Source: Myxococcota bacterium
Lineage (GTDB): Bacteria; Myxococcota_A; UBA9160; UBA4427
Assembly (NCBI GenBank): GCA_965250285.1
Contig: OZ252299.1
Location: forward strand, 3,776,001-3,840,000
Direction of reading: 5' to 3'
DNA length: 64,000 bases
Shown here one piece after another: positions 49,878 through 59,178 of the stretch (within the stretch, counting starts at the first letter, position 1; every line of letters begins with the position of its first letter). The notes beneath the pieces are model-generated. The model worked only from the letters and a program-made list of their open reading frames with translations, ran no database searches and was not told the DNA's origin. Both the position numbers and the translations under genes were made by a program.

Positions 49878-50918
49878 GTGCACCCCCGAACGGCGCGTCG
49901 ATCTCTGCACCGTGTGGCCGTGGGCGCGACCACCGCCCTGACCGCACTCCTGCCCGCCGTCGTCGTGGCCGAGGACGCCGCGCCGGGCTCGACGAGTGTG
50001 TTCGCGGCGGCCTCGGTCCCCGCCCAGGGCATCGTCGAGTACAGCCATCTCGTCATCGGCATCTGTGCGGCGATCTTCGTCGTCGTGATGAGCCTGATCG
50101 CCTTCACGGTCGTGCGCTACCGCGGACGACCGGGCGACGACGACCGCGAGCCCGCCCAGGTCTACGGCTCGAATCAGCTCGAACTCGCTTGGACGGTCGT
50201 GCCGATCATCATCGTGTTCGTGCTCTCGCTGGTCACCGTGCGCACGATCCTCGAGCTCCAGATCGACGAGCAGCCCGAGGGCTGGATGCCCGTGACCGTC
50301 GTGGGGCACCAGTGGTGGTGGGAGTTCGAGTATCCCGAGTACGGCTTCACGACGGCGAACGAGCTGCATCTGCCTTCGGGCCGGCCGACGTTCCTCAACC
50401 TGCAGAGCGCCGACGTCGTGCACTCGTTCTGGGTCCCCCAGCTGGCGGGCAAGACCGACGTGATCCCGAACCGTGAGAATCACATGTGGGTCGAGCCGAC
50501 CGAAGAAGGCGTGTTCGTCGGTCAATGTGCGGAGTACTGCGGCACGCAGCATGCGCACATGCTCTTGCGGGTCACTGTGCACACGCCCGAGGGTTTCGAG
50601 GCGTGGGCCAGAGCGCAGGCGCGCGAGGCCAGCCACGCGCAGGGCGTCGAGGCGGGGCGACAGATCTTTCTCGAGACGGCGTGCATCAACTGCCACACCG
50701 TGCGGGGCACGGTCGCCAACGGCCGCTTCGGCCCCGACCTCACGCACCTGATGGAGCGCCAGACGATCGGCGCCGGCGTCGCGCCGAACGACGCCGAGAA
50801 CCTCCGCGCCTGGGTGGCCGACCCCGACCACCTCAAGAGCGGCGCGCTGATGCCCGCGATGGGGCTGAACGATCACGAGATCGACGCCGTCGTCGCGTAT
50901 CTGATGACGCTGGAGTAG
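49878..50918 (+). CDS. coxB: Cytochrome c oxidase subunit II with fused cytochrome c (caa3 type)
   Basis: LELAWT, GHQWWWEFEY, CuA ligands DVVHSF...CAEYCGTQHAHM, C-terminal CINCH...MP. Start uncertain. Confidence 0.95.
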   Translation: MHPRTARRSLHRVAVGATTALTALLPAVVVAEDAAPGSTSVFAAASVPAQGIVEYSHLVIGICAAIFVVVMSLIAFTVVRYRGRPGDDDREPAQVYGSNQLELAWTVVPIIIVFVLSLVTVRTILELQIDEQPEGWMPVTVVGHQWWWEFEYPEYGFTTANELHLPSGRPTFLNLQSADVVHSFWVPQLAGKTDVIPNRENHMWVEPTEEGVFVGQCAEYCGTQHAHMLLRVTVHTPEGFEAWARAQAREASHAQGVEAGRQIFLETACINCHTVRGTVANGRFGPDLTHLMERQTIGAGVAPNDAENLRAWVADPDHLKSGALMPAMGLNDHEIDAVVAYLMTLE

Positions 50919-50925
50919 CCGAGCG

Positions 50926-52611
50926 ATGACGACACTCGACCCGCCGGTGCAGACCCCGATCGAAGCCACGCGTACGCAGCGCGCGGGATGGACCGAGGTG
51001 TTGCACGAATGGGTCGTGACGGTCGACCACAAGAAGCTCGGCATCATGTACATCACGTGCGGGGTGGTGTTTCTGGTCATCGGCGGGCTCGAGGCCACGG
51101 CGATGCGCCTGCAGCTCTTCTTCGCCGAGAACGATCTGATGGAGCCCGATACGTTCAATCGGCTCTTCACCGTGCACGGTACGACGATGGTCTTCTTCGT
51201 CGGCATGCCGATCGTCACCGGCTTCGGCAACTACCTGCTGCCGCTGATGGTTGGCGCCCGAGACATGGCCTTCCCACGACTCAACGCGTGGGGCTTCTGG
51301 ATGTTCCTGTTCGGTGCCCTGCTCTTCTATTTCAGCTACATCGGCAGCGAGGGCCTCTACGGCGCCGGCTCAGCACCCGACGTCGGCTGGTTCGCCTACG
51401 CCCCCCTCACGGGCAAGGCCTTCTCGCGGGGCAACGCGACCGACTACTGGATCCTCGGCATTCTCATCTCGGGCTTCGGCAGCATGTCGGGCGCGATCAA
51501 CATGATCACCACGGCGCTCACGATGCGGTGCCCGGGCATGACGCTCGCGAAGCTGCCGCTGTTCGTCTGGATGATGATGATCGTGTCGTTCCTGATGCTG
51601 ATCGCCCTGCCGCCCCTCACGGCCGCCCAGGTGATGCTGCTCTTCGACCGGTTCCTGGGGGCTCACTTCTTCGATACCCAAGCCGGCGGCGACGCCGTGC
51701 TCTGGCAACACTTCTTCTGGTTCTTCGGGCACCCCGAGGTCTACATCCTCATGCTGCCCGGCTTCGCCTACGCGTCCGAGATCATCCCCGTGTTCTCGCG
51801 CAAGGTGATCTTCGGCTACCCGATCATGGTGGCAGCGACCGCCGCGATCGGCGTGCTCTCGCTCGGCGTGTGGGCCCACCACATGTTCACCGTCGGCATG
51901 AGCCAGCCGCTCAACGTCTGGTTCGCGCTGGCGACGATGCTCGTCGGCGTGCCGACCGGCATCAAGATCTTCAACTGGATCGGTACGATGTTCGGCGGCA
52001 AGATCCGCTTCCGGCCGCCGATGATGTTCTGCATCGCCTTCCTCTTCCAGTTCGTGATCGCCGGGCTGACGGGCATCATGCTCGCCGCAGCCCCGTTCAC
52101 CTGGCAGCTCTCCGATTCGTACTTCGTGGTGGCGCACTTCCACTACGTGCTGATCGGCGGCCTCGTCTTCACGATCTTCGGCGCCATCTACTACTGGTTC
52201 CCGAAGATGTCCGGCCGCATGGTCGACGAGCGACTGGCCAAGGCACACTTCTGGCTCTTCGTCGTCGGCTTCCAGATCTCGTTCAACACGATGCACGTGC
52301 AGGGGCTGCTCGGGATGCCGCGCCGGGTCTACACGTACCCGGCCGACCGAGGCTGGGAGATCTGGAATCAGATCACGACGCTCGGCATCGCGTTCCAGAT
52401 CATCGGCCTGCTCTTCTTCGTCGCAGCGATCCTGCTCGCGCTGCGCAAGGGTGAGCCGGCGGGCCCCGACCCGTGGGACGCCTGGACGCTCGAGTGGTCG
52501 ACGAGCTCACCGCCGCCGGCGTACAACTTCGAAGAGATCCCCGAGGTCAAGAGCCGTCGACCGCTGTGGGACGCCAAGCACCCCGAAGACCCGGATTGGT
52601 TGTATGAGTAG
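50926..52611 (+). CDS. coxA: Cytochrome c oxidase subunit I, A1 type
   Basis: DHKKLG, TVHG, GHPEVY, WAHHM, VAHFHY, GMPRR. Confidence 0.97.
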   Translation: MTTLDPPVQTPIEATRTQRAGWTEVLHEWVVTVDHKKLGIMYITCGVVFLVIGGLEATAMRLQLFFAENDLMEPDTFNRLFTVHGTTMVFFVGMPIVTGFGNYLLPLMVGARDMAFPRLNAWGFWMFLFGALLFYFSYIGSEGLYGAGSAPDVGWFAYAPLTGKAFSRGNATDYWILGILISGFGSMSGAINMITTALTMRCPGMTLAKLPLFVWMMMIVSFLMLIALPPLTAAQVMLLFDRFLGAHFFDTQAGGDAVLWQHFFWFFGHPEVYILMLPGFAYASEIIPVFSRKVIFGYPIMVAATAAIGVLSLGVWAHHMFTVGMSQPLNVWFALATMLVGVPTGIKIFNWIGTMFGGKIRFRPPMMFCIAFLFQFVIAGLTGIMLAAAPFTWQLSDSYFVVAHFHYVLIGGLVFTIFGAIYYWFPKMSGRMVDERLAKAHFWLFVVGFQISFNTMHVQGLLGMPRRVYTYPADRGWEIWNQITTLGIAFQIIGLLFFVAAILLALRKGEPAGPDPWDAWTLEWSTSSPPPAYNFEEIPEVKSRRPLWDAKHPEDPDWLYE

Positions 52612-53206
52612 TGCGCAGCCCGACATTCATGCGGGGCACGGTCTCCCGGGCGCAGCGCATGGCGACGGGCGCGGGCGCGTCGGCGTCGCGCTGCTGATCC
52701 TCTCCGAGTCGGCGTTCTTCGCGGTGTTTCTCGCGGCCTACGGGTTCTACATCGGCAAGAGCCTGCATGGCCCGATGCCCGCCGACGTGCTCGAGTTCCC
52801 CGCGCTCGGCACGATCTGCCTGCTCTCGAGCAGCGGCACGATCATGCTCGCGACCCGCGGCCTCGCGGCCGGCGCCATCGGCCGGTTCGCGCTCTGGCTG
52901 GCCGTGACGTGGGCACTCGGCTCGGTCTTCCTCGCGGTGACCGCGATCGAGTGGGGTCACCTCTTCTCGGCAGGGCTCACCATTCGCACCAACCTGTTCG
53001 GAACCACCTTTTTCTCGCTGGTCGGCTTCCATGCGGCCCACGTCGCGATCGGCGTGGGGATCATGACGCTGCTCCTCGCGCTCAGCGCGCGTGGCGTCAT
53101 GCAAGCTGCGCATACCGAACGGGTCGAGCTCTTCTCGTGGTACTGGCATTTCGTCGACGTGGTCTGGATCGCGGTGGCCACGCTCGTCTACGTGATCGGC
53201 CGATGA
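52604..53206 (+). CDS. coxC: Cytochrome c oxidase subunit III (short, 5-TM form)
   Basis: ILSESAFF, LLSSSGT, GFHAAHV, YWHFVDVVW. Confidence 0.93.
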   Translation: MSSAQPDIHAGHGLPGAAHGDGRGRVGVALLILSESAFFAVFLAAYGFYIGKSLHGPMPADVLEFPALGTICLLSSSGTIMLATRGLAAGAIGRFALWLAVTWALGSVFLAVTAIEWGHLFSAGLTIRTNLFGTTFFSLVGFHAAHVAIGVGIMTLLLALSARGVMQAAHTERVELFSWYWHFVDVVWIAVATLVYVIGR

Positions 53207-53228
53207 TGATCGGCGTGCGGAAGAGACC

Positions 53229-54098
53229 ATGACCGAAGAGCACGACACAGCGCACGAGACGACCGAAGACGGGATCGACCTGCCGACCCCGACGGCGTGG
53301 CCGGTCGTCTTCGCGCTCGGCATTTCGCTGCTCTTCGCCGGACTCGTCACGAACGTGATCGTCAGCTGGGTCGGCGCCGTGCTCTTCGTCTCGGGCGCGG
53401 TTGGCTGGTGGTTCGACATGTTCCCGGCCGAACGACACGAACGGGTCGCGCTGCAGCCCGCTTCGATGCGCCCGCCCCCGATCACGCCTCGTCCGGCGGC
53501 CGTCGAGCACCTGCGCGCCGGCGAAGGCGGGCATCGTGTGCGACTGCCCCTCGAGGTGCAGCCCTACTCGGCCGGGCTCCGGGGGGGCGCCGCGGGCGGG
53601 GTCGCCATGGCGCTCGTCGCCATGCTCTACGGCGTGCTGGCCCAGGGCAGCCCGTTCTATCCGATCAACCTGTTCGCGGCCACGGTCATGCCGTCACTCA
53701 ACACCGCCGACCTCGAGACGCTGCGCGCCTTCAACGGCACCGCGTTCGGACTCGCTTGCGTGCTGCACTTCGGCCTCTCGATGTTGGTCGGCCTCGTCTA
53801 CGCGGCGCTGCTCCCGACACTGCCCGGCCGCACCTGGCTGTGGGGTGGGCTCATCGCCCCGATCGCGTGGAGCGGCGTCGCCTGGGTGACGCTCGGCCTG
53901 GTCGCGCCTGCGCTCAACCAGCGCATCGACTGGATCTGGTTCATCGCATCGCAGGCGGCCTTCGGACTCGTCGCCGGGTTCGTGATCGCGCGCATCGAGC
54001 CGATTGCGGTCCTTCAGCGATTGCCCCTCGCGTCGAAAGCGGGCCTCGAAGCCCGCGGCGTGTCGCCATCGCACGACGATTCGGAGGCCGACTCGTGA
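53229..54098 (+). CDS. Membrane protein with CtaF/subunit-IV-like N-terminal hairpin plus about 4 further TM helices
   Basis: IDLPTPTAWPVVFALG...VGWW, a soluble linker, then hydrophobic helices. Sits between the cox and qcr genes. Confidence 0.65.
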   Translation: MTEEHDTAHETTEDGIDLPTPTAWPVVFALGISLLFAGLVTNVIVSWVGAVLFVSGAVGWWFDMFPAERHERVALQPASMRPPPITPRPAAVEHLRAGEGGHRVRLPLEVQPYSAGLRGGAAGGVAMALVAMLYGVLAQGSPFYPINLFAATVMPSLNTADLETLRAFNGTAFGLACVLHFGLSMLVGLVYAALLPTLPGRTWLWGGLIAPIAWSGVAWVTLGLVAPALNQRIDWIWFIASQAAFGLVAGFVIARIEPIAVLQRLPLASKAGLEARGVSPSHDDSEADS

Positions 54099-54841
54099 CC
54101 CGGCTGCCCATGATCGCGTGCACCGTCACCGGGCTCGCGCTTCTCGCGTGCGGCGACCTGCCGGGCAAGCCGACCGAAGCCGATCGCTTCGTGCATCCGC
54201 AAGAGATCGTCGACTTCGACACGCTCTATGGCCTGCACTGCTCGGGCTGTCACGGCGAGGAGGGTCGACTCGGTCCGGCCCAGGCGCTGAACGACCCCGT
54301 CTATCTCGCCTACGCGCCCGACGAGGTGATGGTCTCGATCGTCCGCGACGGCGTGGCCGGCACGTCGATGCCGGCCTTCGGCATCGAGCGAGGCGGGCCG
54401 CTCACGGCCGCCCAGGTCGAGGCGCTGGTCGGCGGCCTGCGTGAGCGGTGGCGGGGGACGCCGCCCGACGACGTGCCGCCGTACCGTGCGACGGCTTCGG
54501 CCGAACCGGTCGACGAGCGCGAGGGGGCGCGCGTGTTCGAGCAGTTCTGTGGACGCTGTCACGGCGCCCATGGCCGGGGCACGAGCCAGGCCGGTGCCGT
54601 CGTCGACACGACCTACCTTTCGCTGCGCAGCGACCAGGGCCTGCGCACGACCGTCGTGGTCGGGCGGCCCGACCTCGAGATGCCCGACTGGCGAAGCCAT
54701 TCGCGCCACGGCGCGATGACCGAGCCCGAGATCGACACGGTCGTCGCCTGGATGATCTCGAAACGCAGCGCCTATCCCGGGCAGCCCTACCCCGATGACG
54801 CCCCGGCCAACGCAGCGCGCGCAGACGGAGGAATGCGCTGA
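54095..54841 (+). CDS. Diheme cytochrome c lipoprotein (QcrC-like role)
   Basis: Lipobox LLAC; CSGCH...MPAF and CGRCH...MPDW. GTGA overlap with the upstream gene. Confidence 0.88.
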   Translation: MTRLPMIACTVTGLALLACGDLPGKPTEADRFVHPQEIVDFDTLYGLHCSGCHGEEGRLGPAQALNDPVYLAYAPDEVMVSIVRDGVAGTSMPAFGIERGGPLTAAQVEALVGGLRERWRGTPPDDVPPYRATASAEPVDEREGARVFEQFCGRCHGAHGRGTSQAGAVVDTTYLSLRSDQGLRTTVVVGRPDLEMPDWRSHSRHGAMTEPEIDTVVAWMISKRSAYPGQPYPDDAPANAARADGGMR

Positions 54842-55380
54842 TGTCCGACCCCGAAGCGTCCAAGCCCGGGCGACCGCCCAGCGTCCCGCCGGTCACCCGC
54901 CGCAGCTTCTTGTTCAAGCTCGGCCTCGGCCTGAACGCGATCGCCGCTTCGGCGCTGGCGATCCCCATCGTCGGCTTCATCTCGAGCGCGGTCTTCAAGC
55001 GCAAGGCGCAGCAGGCCTGGATCCCGCTCGGCGACATGACGCACTTTCCCGAGCGCGAGACGCGGCTCGCGACCTATCGCAACCCCTTCACGCGACCTTG
55101 GGATGGCGTCACCGGCGACATCCCGTGCTGGGTGCGTCACATCGAGGGCGGCCAGTTCCAGGTCTTCGCCATCAACTGCGCTCACCTCGGCTGCCCCGTG
55201 CGGTGGTTCCCCGAGTCGGGGCTCTTCATGTGCCCGTGCCACGGCGGCGTCTACTACGAAGACGGCTCGGTCGCTTCGGGTCCGCCGCCGCGTGGGCTGT
55301 TCGAGTACGAGTACAAGATCGAGAAGGGACAGCTCTGGGTGCGCGGTGGTCGCGTGCCCACGCTGTCGCAGTCGGTCTAG
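54841..55380 (+). CDS. qcrA: Rieske iron-sulfur subunit of a bc complex
   Basis: Tat motif TRRSFL, TM helix, CAHLGC, CPCHGG, GPPPRGL. Confidence 0.93.
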   Translation: MSDPEASKPGRPPSVPPVTRRSFLFKLGLGLNAIAASALAIPIVGFISSAVFKRKAQQAWIPLGDMTHFPERETRLATYRNPFTRPWDGVTGDIPCWVRHIEGGQFQVFAINCAHLGCPVRWFPESGLFMCPCHGGVYYEDGSVASGPPPRGLFEYEYKIEKGQLWVRGGRVPTLSQSV

Positions 55381-55394
55381 CGGGCGGCGTTTCG

Positions 55395-56858
55395 ATGAGA
55401 GAGAGACTCGAAGCCCTGGGTGCCTGGCTCGATCAGCGACTGAAGCTGCAGTCGCTCTACGCTTCGTCGGCGGGGCACATGATCCCGCGGCGCTCGGCGA
55501 GCTGGTGGTACGTCCTCGGCAGCGCGACCCTGCTCTGCTTCGTGATTCAGATCGTGACCGGCATCTGTCTGTCGCTCGTCTACGTGCCCTCGACCACCGA
55601 GGCCTACGCGAGCCTCGAGTATCTCAACTATCAGCAAGCGATGGGCTGGTATCTCCGCGCCGTGCACTTCTGGGGCTCGAACTTCATGGTCGCCCTGCTC
55701 ACGCTCCACGTGATTCAGGTCTTCCTGTTCGGTGCGTACAAGTACCCCCGCGAGCTCACCTGGCTCGTTGGCTGCGTGCTGCTCGTGCTGACGCTGGGCG
55801 CCGCGTTCACCGGCCAGATCATGCGCTTCGATCAAGACGCGTACTGGGGGCTGGGCATTGGCGTCTCGATCATCGGCCGCGTGCCGCTCGTCGGCCCCGA
55901 GCTCGTCTCGCTCGTGCTCGGGGGGCCGATCATCGCGGGCGAGACCCTGTCGCGCTTCTTCACGCTGCACGTCTTCATCGTGCCCGGGCTGCTCATCGCA
56001 CTGATCTTCCTGCACCTGCGCCTCGTCCTGACGAACGGGATCAACGAGTATCCGACCCGCGGCCAGGAGGTCGATCCCGAGACGTACGACGAGGAGTACG
56101 AAGCCCTCGTCGAGCACGAAGGGATCCGCTTCTTCCCGGATGGCGCCGACCGCGACCTGGTCTTCGCCTTCGTCGTGCTCGCCGGCATCCTCGGCTGTGC
56201 CGCCATCTTCGGCCCGGAGGGCCCGAACGGCCCGCCCGACCCCACGCTGATCAACACGGCCCCCCGGCCCGACTTCTACTTCCTGTCGCTCTTCGCGGTG
56301 CTGGCGCTCTTGCCGCCGGCGATCGAAGACTTCTTCATCCTGGGCGTGCTGCCGCTCATCGTACTGATCCTCTTTGCCGTCCCGTTCATCTCGAACCGCG
56401 GTGCGAAGCACCCCGCCGACCGGCCGATGTCGGTGATCCTCGTCGTGCTCGTGATGACGACGATCGTGACCTTCGCGGTGCTCGGGCTGCGTTCACCGTG
56501 GTCGCCGCACATGGACGCGTGGAGCGGCGAGCCGATGCCGCCGGCCGTGATCGAGGGTCGCGCACCGCTCGAGCTCGCCGGCGCCGCCGTGTTCCAATCG
56601 AAGCAGTGTCGCAACTGTCACGCGATCGACGGGTCGGGCGGGGAGCGCGGGCCCGATCTCGGCGACGTCGCCACGCGCCTGACCTCGGATCAGCTGACGC
56701 GCCAGGTGCTGCAAGGCGGCGGCAACATGCCCGCGTACGGCAAGCACCTGAGCCCGGCCCAGACCACCGCCCTCGTCGCGTTCATGCGCACGCTCTACCC
56801 GGCCAACCAGCTGCCTGCACGCGACTCGGCGATCCCGGCCCGACCCGAGCCGCAATGA
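55395..56858 (+). CDS. qcrB: Cytochrome b (unsplit) with C-terminal fused cytochrome c
   Basis: RAVHFWG...TLH, KYPRE, RFFTLHV...FLH, Qo motif PDFY, C-terminal CRNCH...MPAY. Confidence 0.93.
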   Translation: MRERLEALGAWLDQRLKLQSLYASSAGHMIPRRSASWWYVLGSATLLCFVIQIVTGICLSLVYVPSTTEAYASLEYLNYQQAMGWYLRAVHFWGSNFMVALLTLHVIQVFLFGAYKYPRELTWLVGCVLLVLTLGAAFTGQIMRFDQDAYWGLGIGVSIIGRVPLVGPELVSLVLGGPIIAGETLSRFFTLHVFIVPGLLIALIFLHLRLVLTNGINEYPTRGQEVDPETYDEEYEALVEHEGIRFFPDGADRDLVFAFVVLAGILGCAAIFGPEGPNGPPDPTLINTAPRPDFYFLSLFAVLALLPPAIEDFFILGVLPLIVLILFAVPFISNRGAKHPADRPMSVILVVLVMTTIVTFAVLGLRSPWSPHMDAWSGEPMPPAVIEGRAPLELAGAAVFQSKQCRNCHAIDGSGGERGPDLGDVATRLTSDQLTRQVLQGGGNMPAYGKHLSPAQTTALVAFMRTLYPANQLPARDSAIPARPEPQ

Positions 56859-56925
56859 CCCCAGCTCGAGCCGGGCCCCGGCGCGCGCGCACTCGCCCGT
56901 CCGGCGACAGCGGTACGATCTGCAC

Positions 56926-59178
56926 GTGAACCCGCACCTCGCTGCCGCGCTGCTCTCCTGGTCGATCGAACCCGCGATCGCCGTCGCGATCGCGCTCACG
57001 GCAGCCCTCTACCTACGCGGGTTCTCTTCGCTGCGCCGCCTCCATCCCGAGCGCCTCCCGACATGGCGGCGCACGGCGTTCCTCGCCGGGCTCGGCACAT
57101 TCTGGATCGCGGTGGCGTCGCCGATCGACGCGTTCGCCGATCTGTTCCTCCAGGCGCACATGGCGCAGCACGTCTTGCTGATGCTCGTCGCGCCGCCGCT
57201 CGTCTGGCTGGGCGCTCCGGCCAACCCGATCCTGCACGGACTGCCGCGGCGCGTGCTCGCTCACGGACTCGGGCCTTTTCTCGGCTGGCCAGCGCTCGGC
57301 CGGGTCGGTCGGTTCCTCACCCATCCGGTGACGGCCTGGCTTCTGTTCTCGGCGACGCTCTGGGCGTGGCACGCGCCGCGCGCCTACCAGCTCGCCCTGC
57401 GCGATCCGTTCTGGCACGACGTCGAACACCTGAGCTTCTTCGGCGCCGCGCTCCTCTTCTGGTACCCCGTCGTGCAGCCCTGGCCGGGGCACGCGGTCTG
57501 GCCCCGCGCCGCCATGCTGCCGTACCTGGCGCTCGCCGGCGTTCAGATGACCGCGTTCTCCGCCGTCTTCGCGTTCTCGTCCCACGTCTACTACCCGGCC
57601 TACCTCGAGGTCCCTCGCCTCTTCGCGACCTCGGCGCTGACCGATCAGCGCGCGGCCGGCGCGGTGATGTGGGTGCCCGGCTCGATCGTGCTGCTCGTCG
57701 CGATCGGCGGCGCTGCCTTCTCGGTCGTCGAGCCGCGCATCGTGCAACCGTCGACACGCGGCACTGCGCCGATGAAGCAGGCTCCGCCTCTTTGGCGCAG
57801 CGCCGTCACCAGAACGCTCATGACGCCGCGAACGCGCCGCGTCGCGCAGTGGACGCTCCTGCTCCTCGCCCTTGCCATCGTGATCGACGGCGCCTTCGGC
57901 CCCACGCTGGCCGAGCGCAACGCCGCCGGCGTGCTGCCGTGGACCTTCTGGCGCGCGTGCGCTGTCGTCGGCCTCGTCGTCGCCGGCAACTGGGTCTGCT
58001 TCGCCTGCCCCTTTACCCTGCCCCGATCGCTCGCCCGTCGCTGGCTCGGCGGCGACCACACCCCGCCCCCGATCCTGCGCAGCAAGTGGATCGGCGTGGC
58101 GCTGTTCGTCGCATTCCTGATCTCGTACGAAGTGTTCGATCTCTGGAACCGACCGGGCTGGACGGCCACGATCATCGCCGGCTACTTCGCCGCCGCCTTC
58201 GCGGTCGATGGTCGATACGGCGCGGCCACGTTCTGCCGTTCGACGTGCCCGATCGGCCAGTTCCAGTTCACCGGCGCCCTGGTCTCGCCTCTCGAGGTCG
58301 GAGTGCGCAGCGACGCCGTTTGCGCGCGGTGCACGACCCACGAGTGCCTCGTGGGCGATGCGGCGTCACCGGGCTGCGAGCTCGACCTGTTTCAGCCAGC
58401 GAAGATCGGCAATCTCGACTGTACGTTCTGCTTCGACTGCGCGACGGCGTGCCCGCACGACAACGTGACGCTGCGGGCCCATTCGCCGCTGCCCGATCTC
58501 GTGAGCGACGCGCCCCGGGCCGGCCTCGGCCGCCTGTCGGCCCGCGCCGACCTCGCGGCCTTCGCGCGCATCTTCGTCTTTGGCGCCTTCGCGAACGCCG
58601 CCGCGATGGTCGCGCCCGTCACGGCGCTGCGCGACCGGCTCGCCGCGGCGAGCCCCGTCGGCGAAGACGTCGCCACGGCGATCCTGCTCGCGGTCGCCCT
58701 CGTCGCCGTGCCTTTTGGCGTCACCCGGGTCTGCACGCACCTCGGCGCATTCGTCGCGCACGATGCGCGCGCTACGGCCGAGCAGCGGCGCATCGAGCGG
58801 CGATTCGTGTTCGGGCTCGTTCCGTTGGGTCTTGCTCTTTGGCTCGGCCACTTCGTCTTCCACGGTGTCACCGCGGGACCGGCCTGGCAGAATCTCGCGG
58901 CGCGCGCGAGTGGCGAAGTCGGTGCCTCGATGGCTGCACCGTGGCTCGCGATCGAGTCACTGATGGCGTTCGAGATCGCCGCCCTGGGCGTGGGTCTCTG
59001 GATCAGCGCCGCGGCGCTTTGGAAGATTGCTCTCGATCTGGCACCGAACACGCGACGGGCATTCTCGTGGTTCATGCCCTGGGGCGCCCTCGCCCTCGCA
59101 CTGTGGGCGCTCGGGCTCTGGATCGTCTTTCAGCCGATGGAGATGCGCGGCGCGATGACGATGGCGGGCATGGGATGA
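56926..59178 (+). CDS. Caa3_CtaG oxidase assembly domain fused to a membrane polyferredoxin (CcoG/NapH-like) domain
   Basis: N-half: AHMAQH...APPL, WAWHAP, HDVEH, DQRAAGAVMWVPG. C-half: CFACP, CRSTCP, CARCTTHEC, CTFCFDCATACP. Met-rich tail. Confidence 0.85.
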   Translation: MNPHLAAALLSWSIEPAIAVAIALTAALYLRGFSSLRRLHPERLPTWRRTAFLAGLGTFWIAVASPIDAFADLFLQAHMAQHVLLMLVAPPLVWLGAPANPILHGLPRRVLAHGLGPFLGWPALGRVGRFLTHPVTAWLLFSATLWAWHAPRAYQLALRDPFWHDVEHLSFFGAALLFWYPVVQPWPGHAVWPRAAMLPYLALAGVQMTAFSAVFAFSSHVYYPAYLEVPRLFATSALTDQRAAGAVMWVPGSIVLLVAIGGAAFSVVEPRIVQPSTRGTAPMKQAPPLWRSAVTRTLMTPRTRRVAQWTLLLLALAIVIDGAFGPTLAERNAAGVLPWTFWRACAVVGLVVAGNWVCFACPFTLPRSLARRWLGGDHTPPPILRSKWIGVALFVAFLISYEVFDLWNRPGWTATIIAGYFAAAFAVDGRYGAATFCRSTCPIGQFQFTGALVSPLEVGVRSDAVCARCTTHECLVGDAASPGCELDLFQPAKIGNLDCTFCFDCATACPHDNVTLRAHSPLPDLVSDAPRAGLGRLSARADLAAFARIFVFGAFANAAAMVAPVTALRDRLAAASPVGEDVATAILLAVALVAVPFGVTRVCTHLGAFVAHDARATAEQRRIERRFVFGLVPLGLALWLGHFVFHGVTAGPAWQNLAARASGEVGASMAAPWLAIESLMAFEIAALGVGLWISAAALWKIALDLAPNTRRAFSWFMPWGALALALWALGLWIVFQPMEMRGAMTMAGMG

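Noticed and set aside
55500..55565. Possible heme ci attachment in cytochrome b
   Set aside because: The position of the heme-ci Cys (YCLGG in cytochrome b6) reads YVLGS; the later Cys is a different position.
57063..59174. 884-aa ORF apparently fusing an Arg-rich region to the YtkA-like protein
   Set aside because: It is an off-frame shadow of the CtaG fusion gene; the real start is at 59175.
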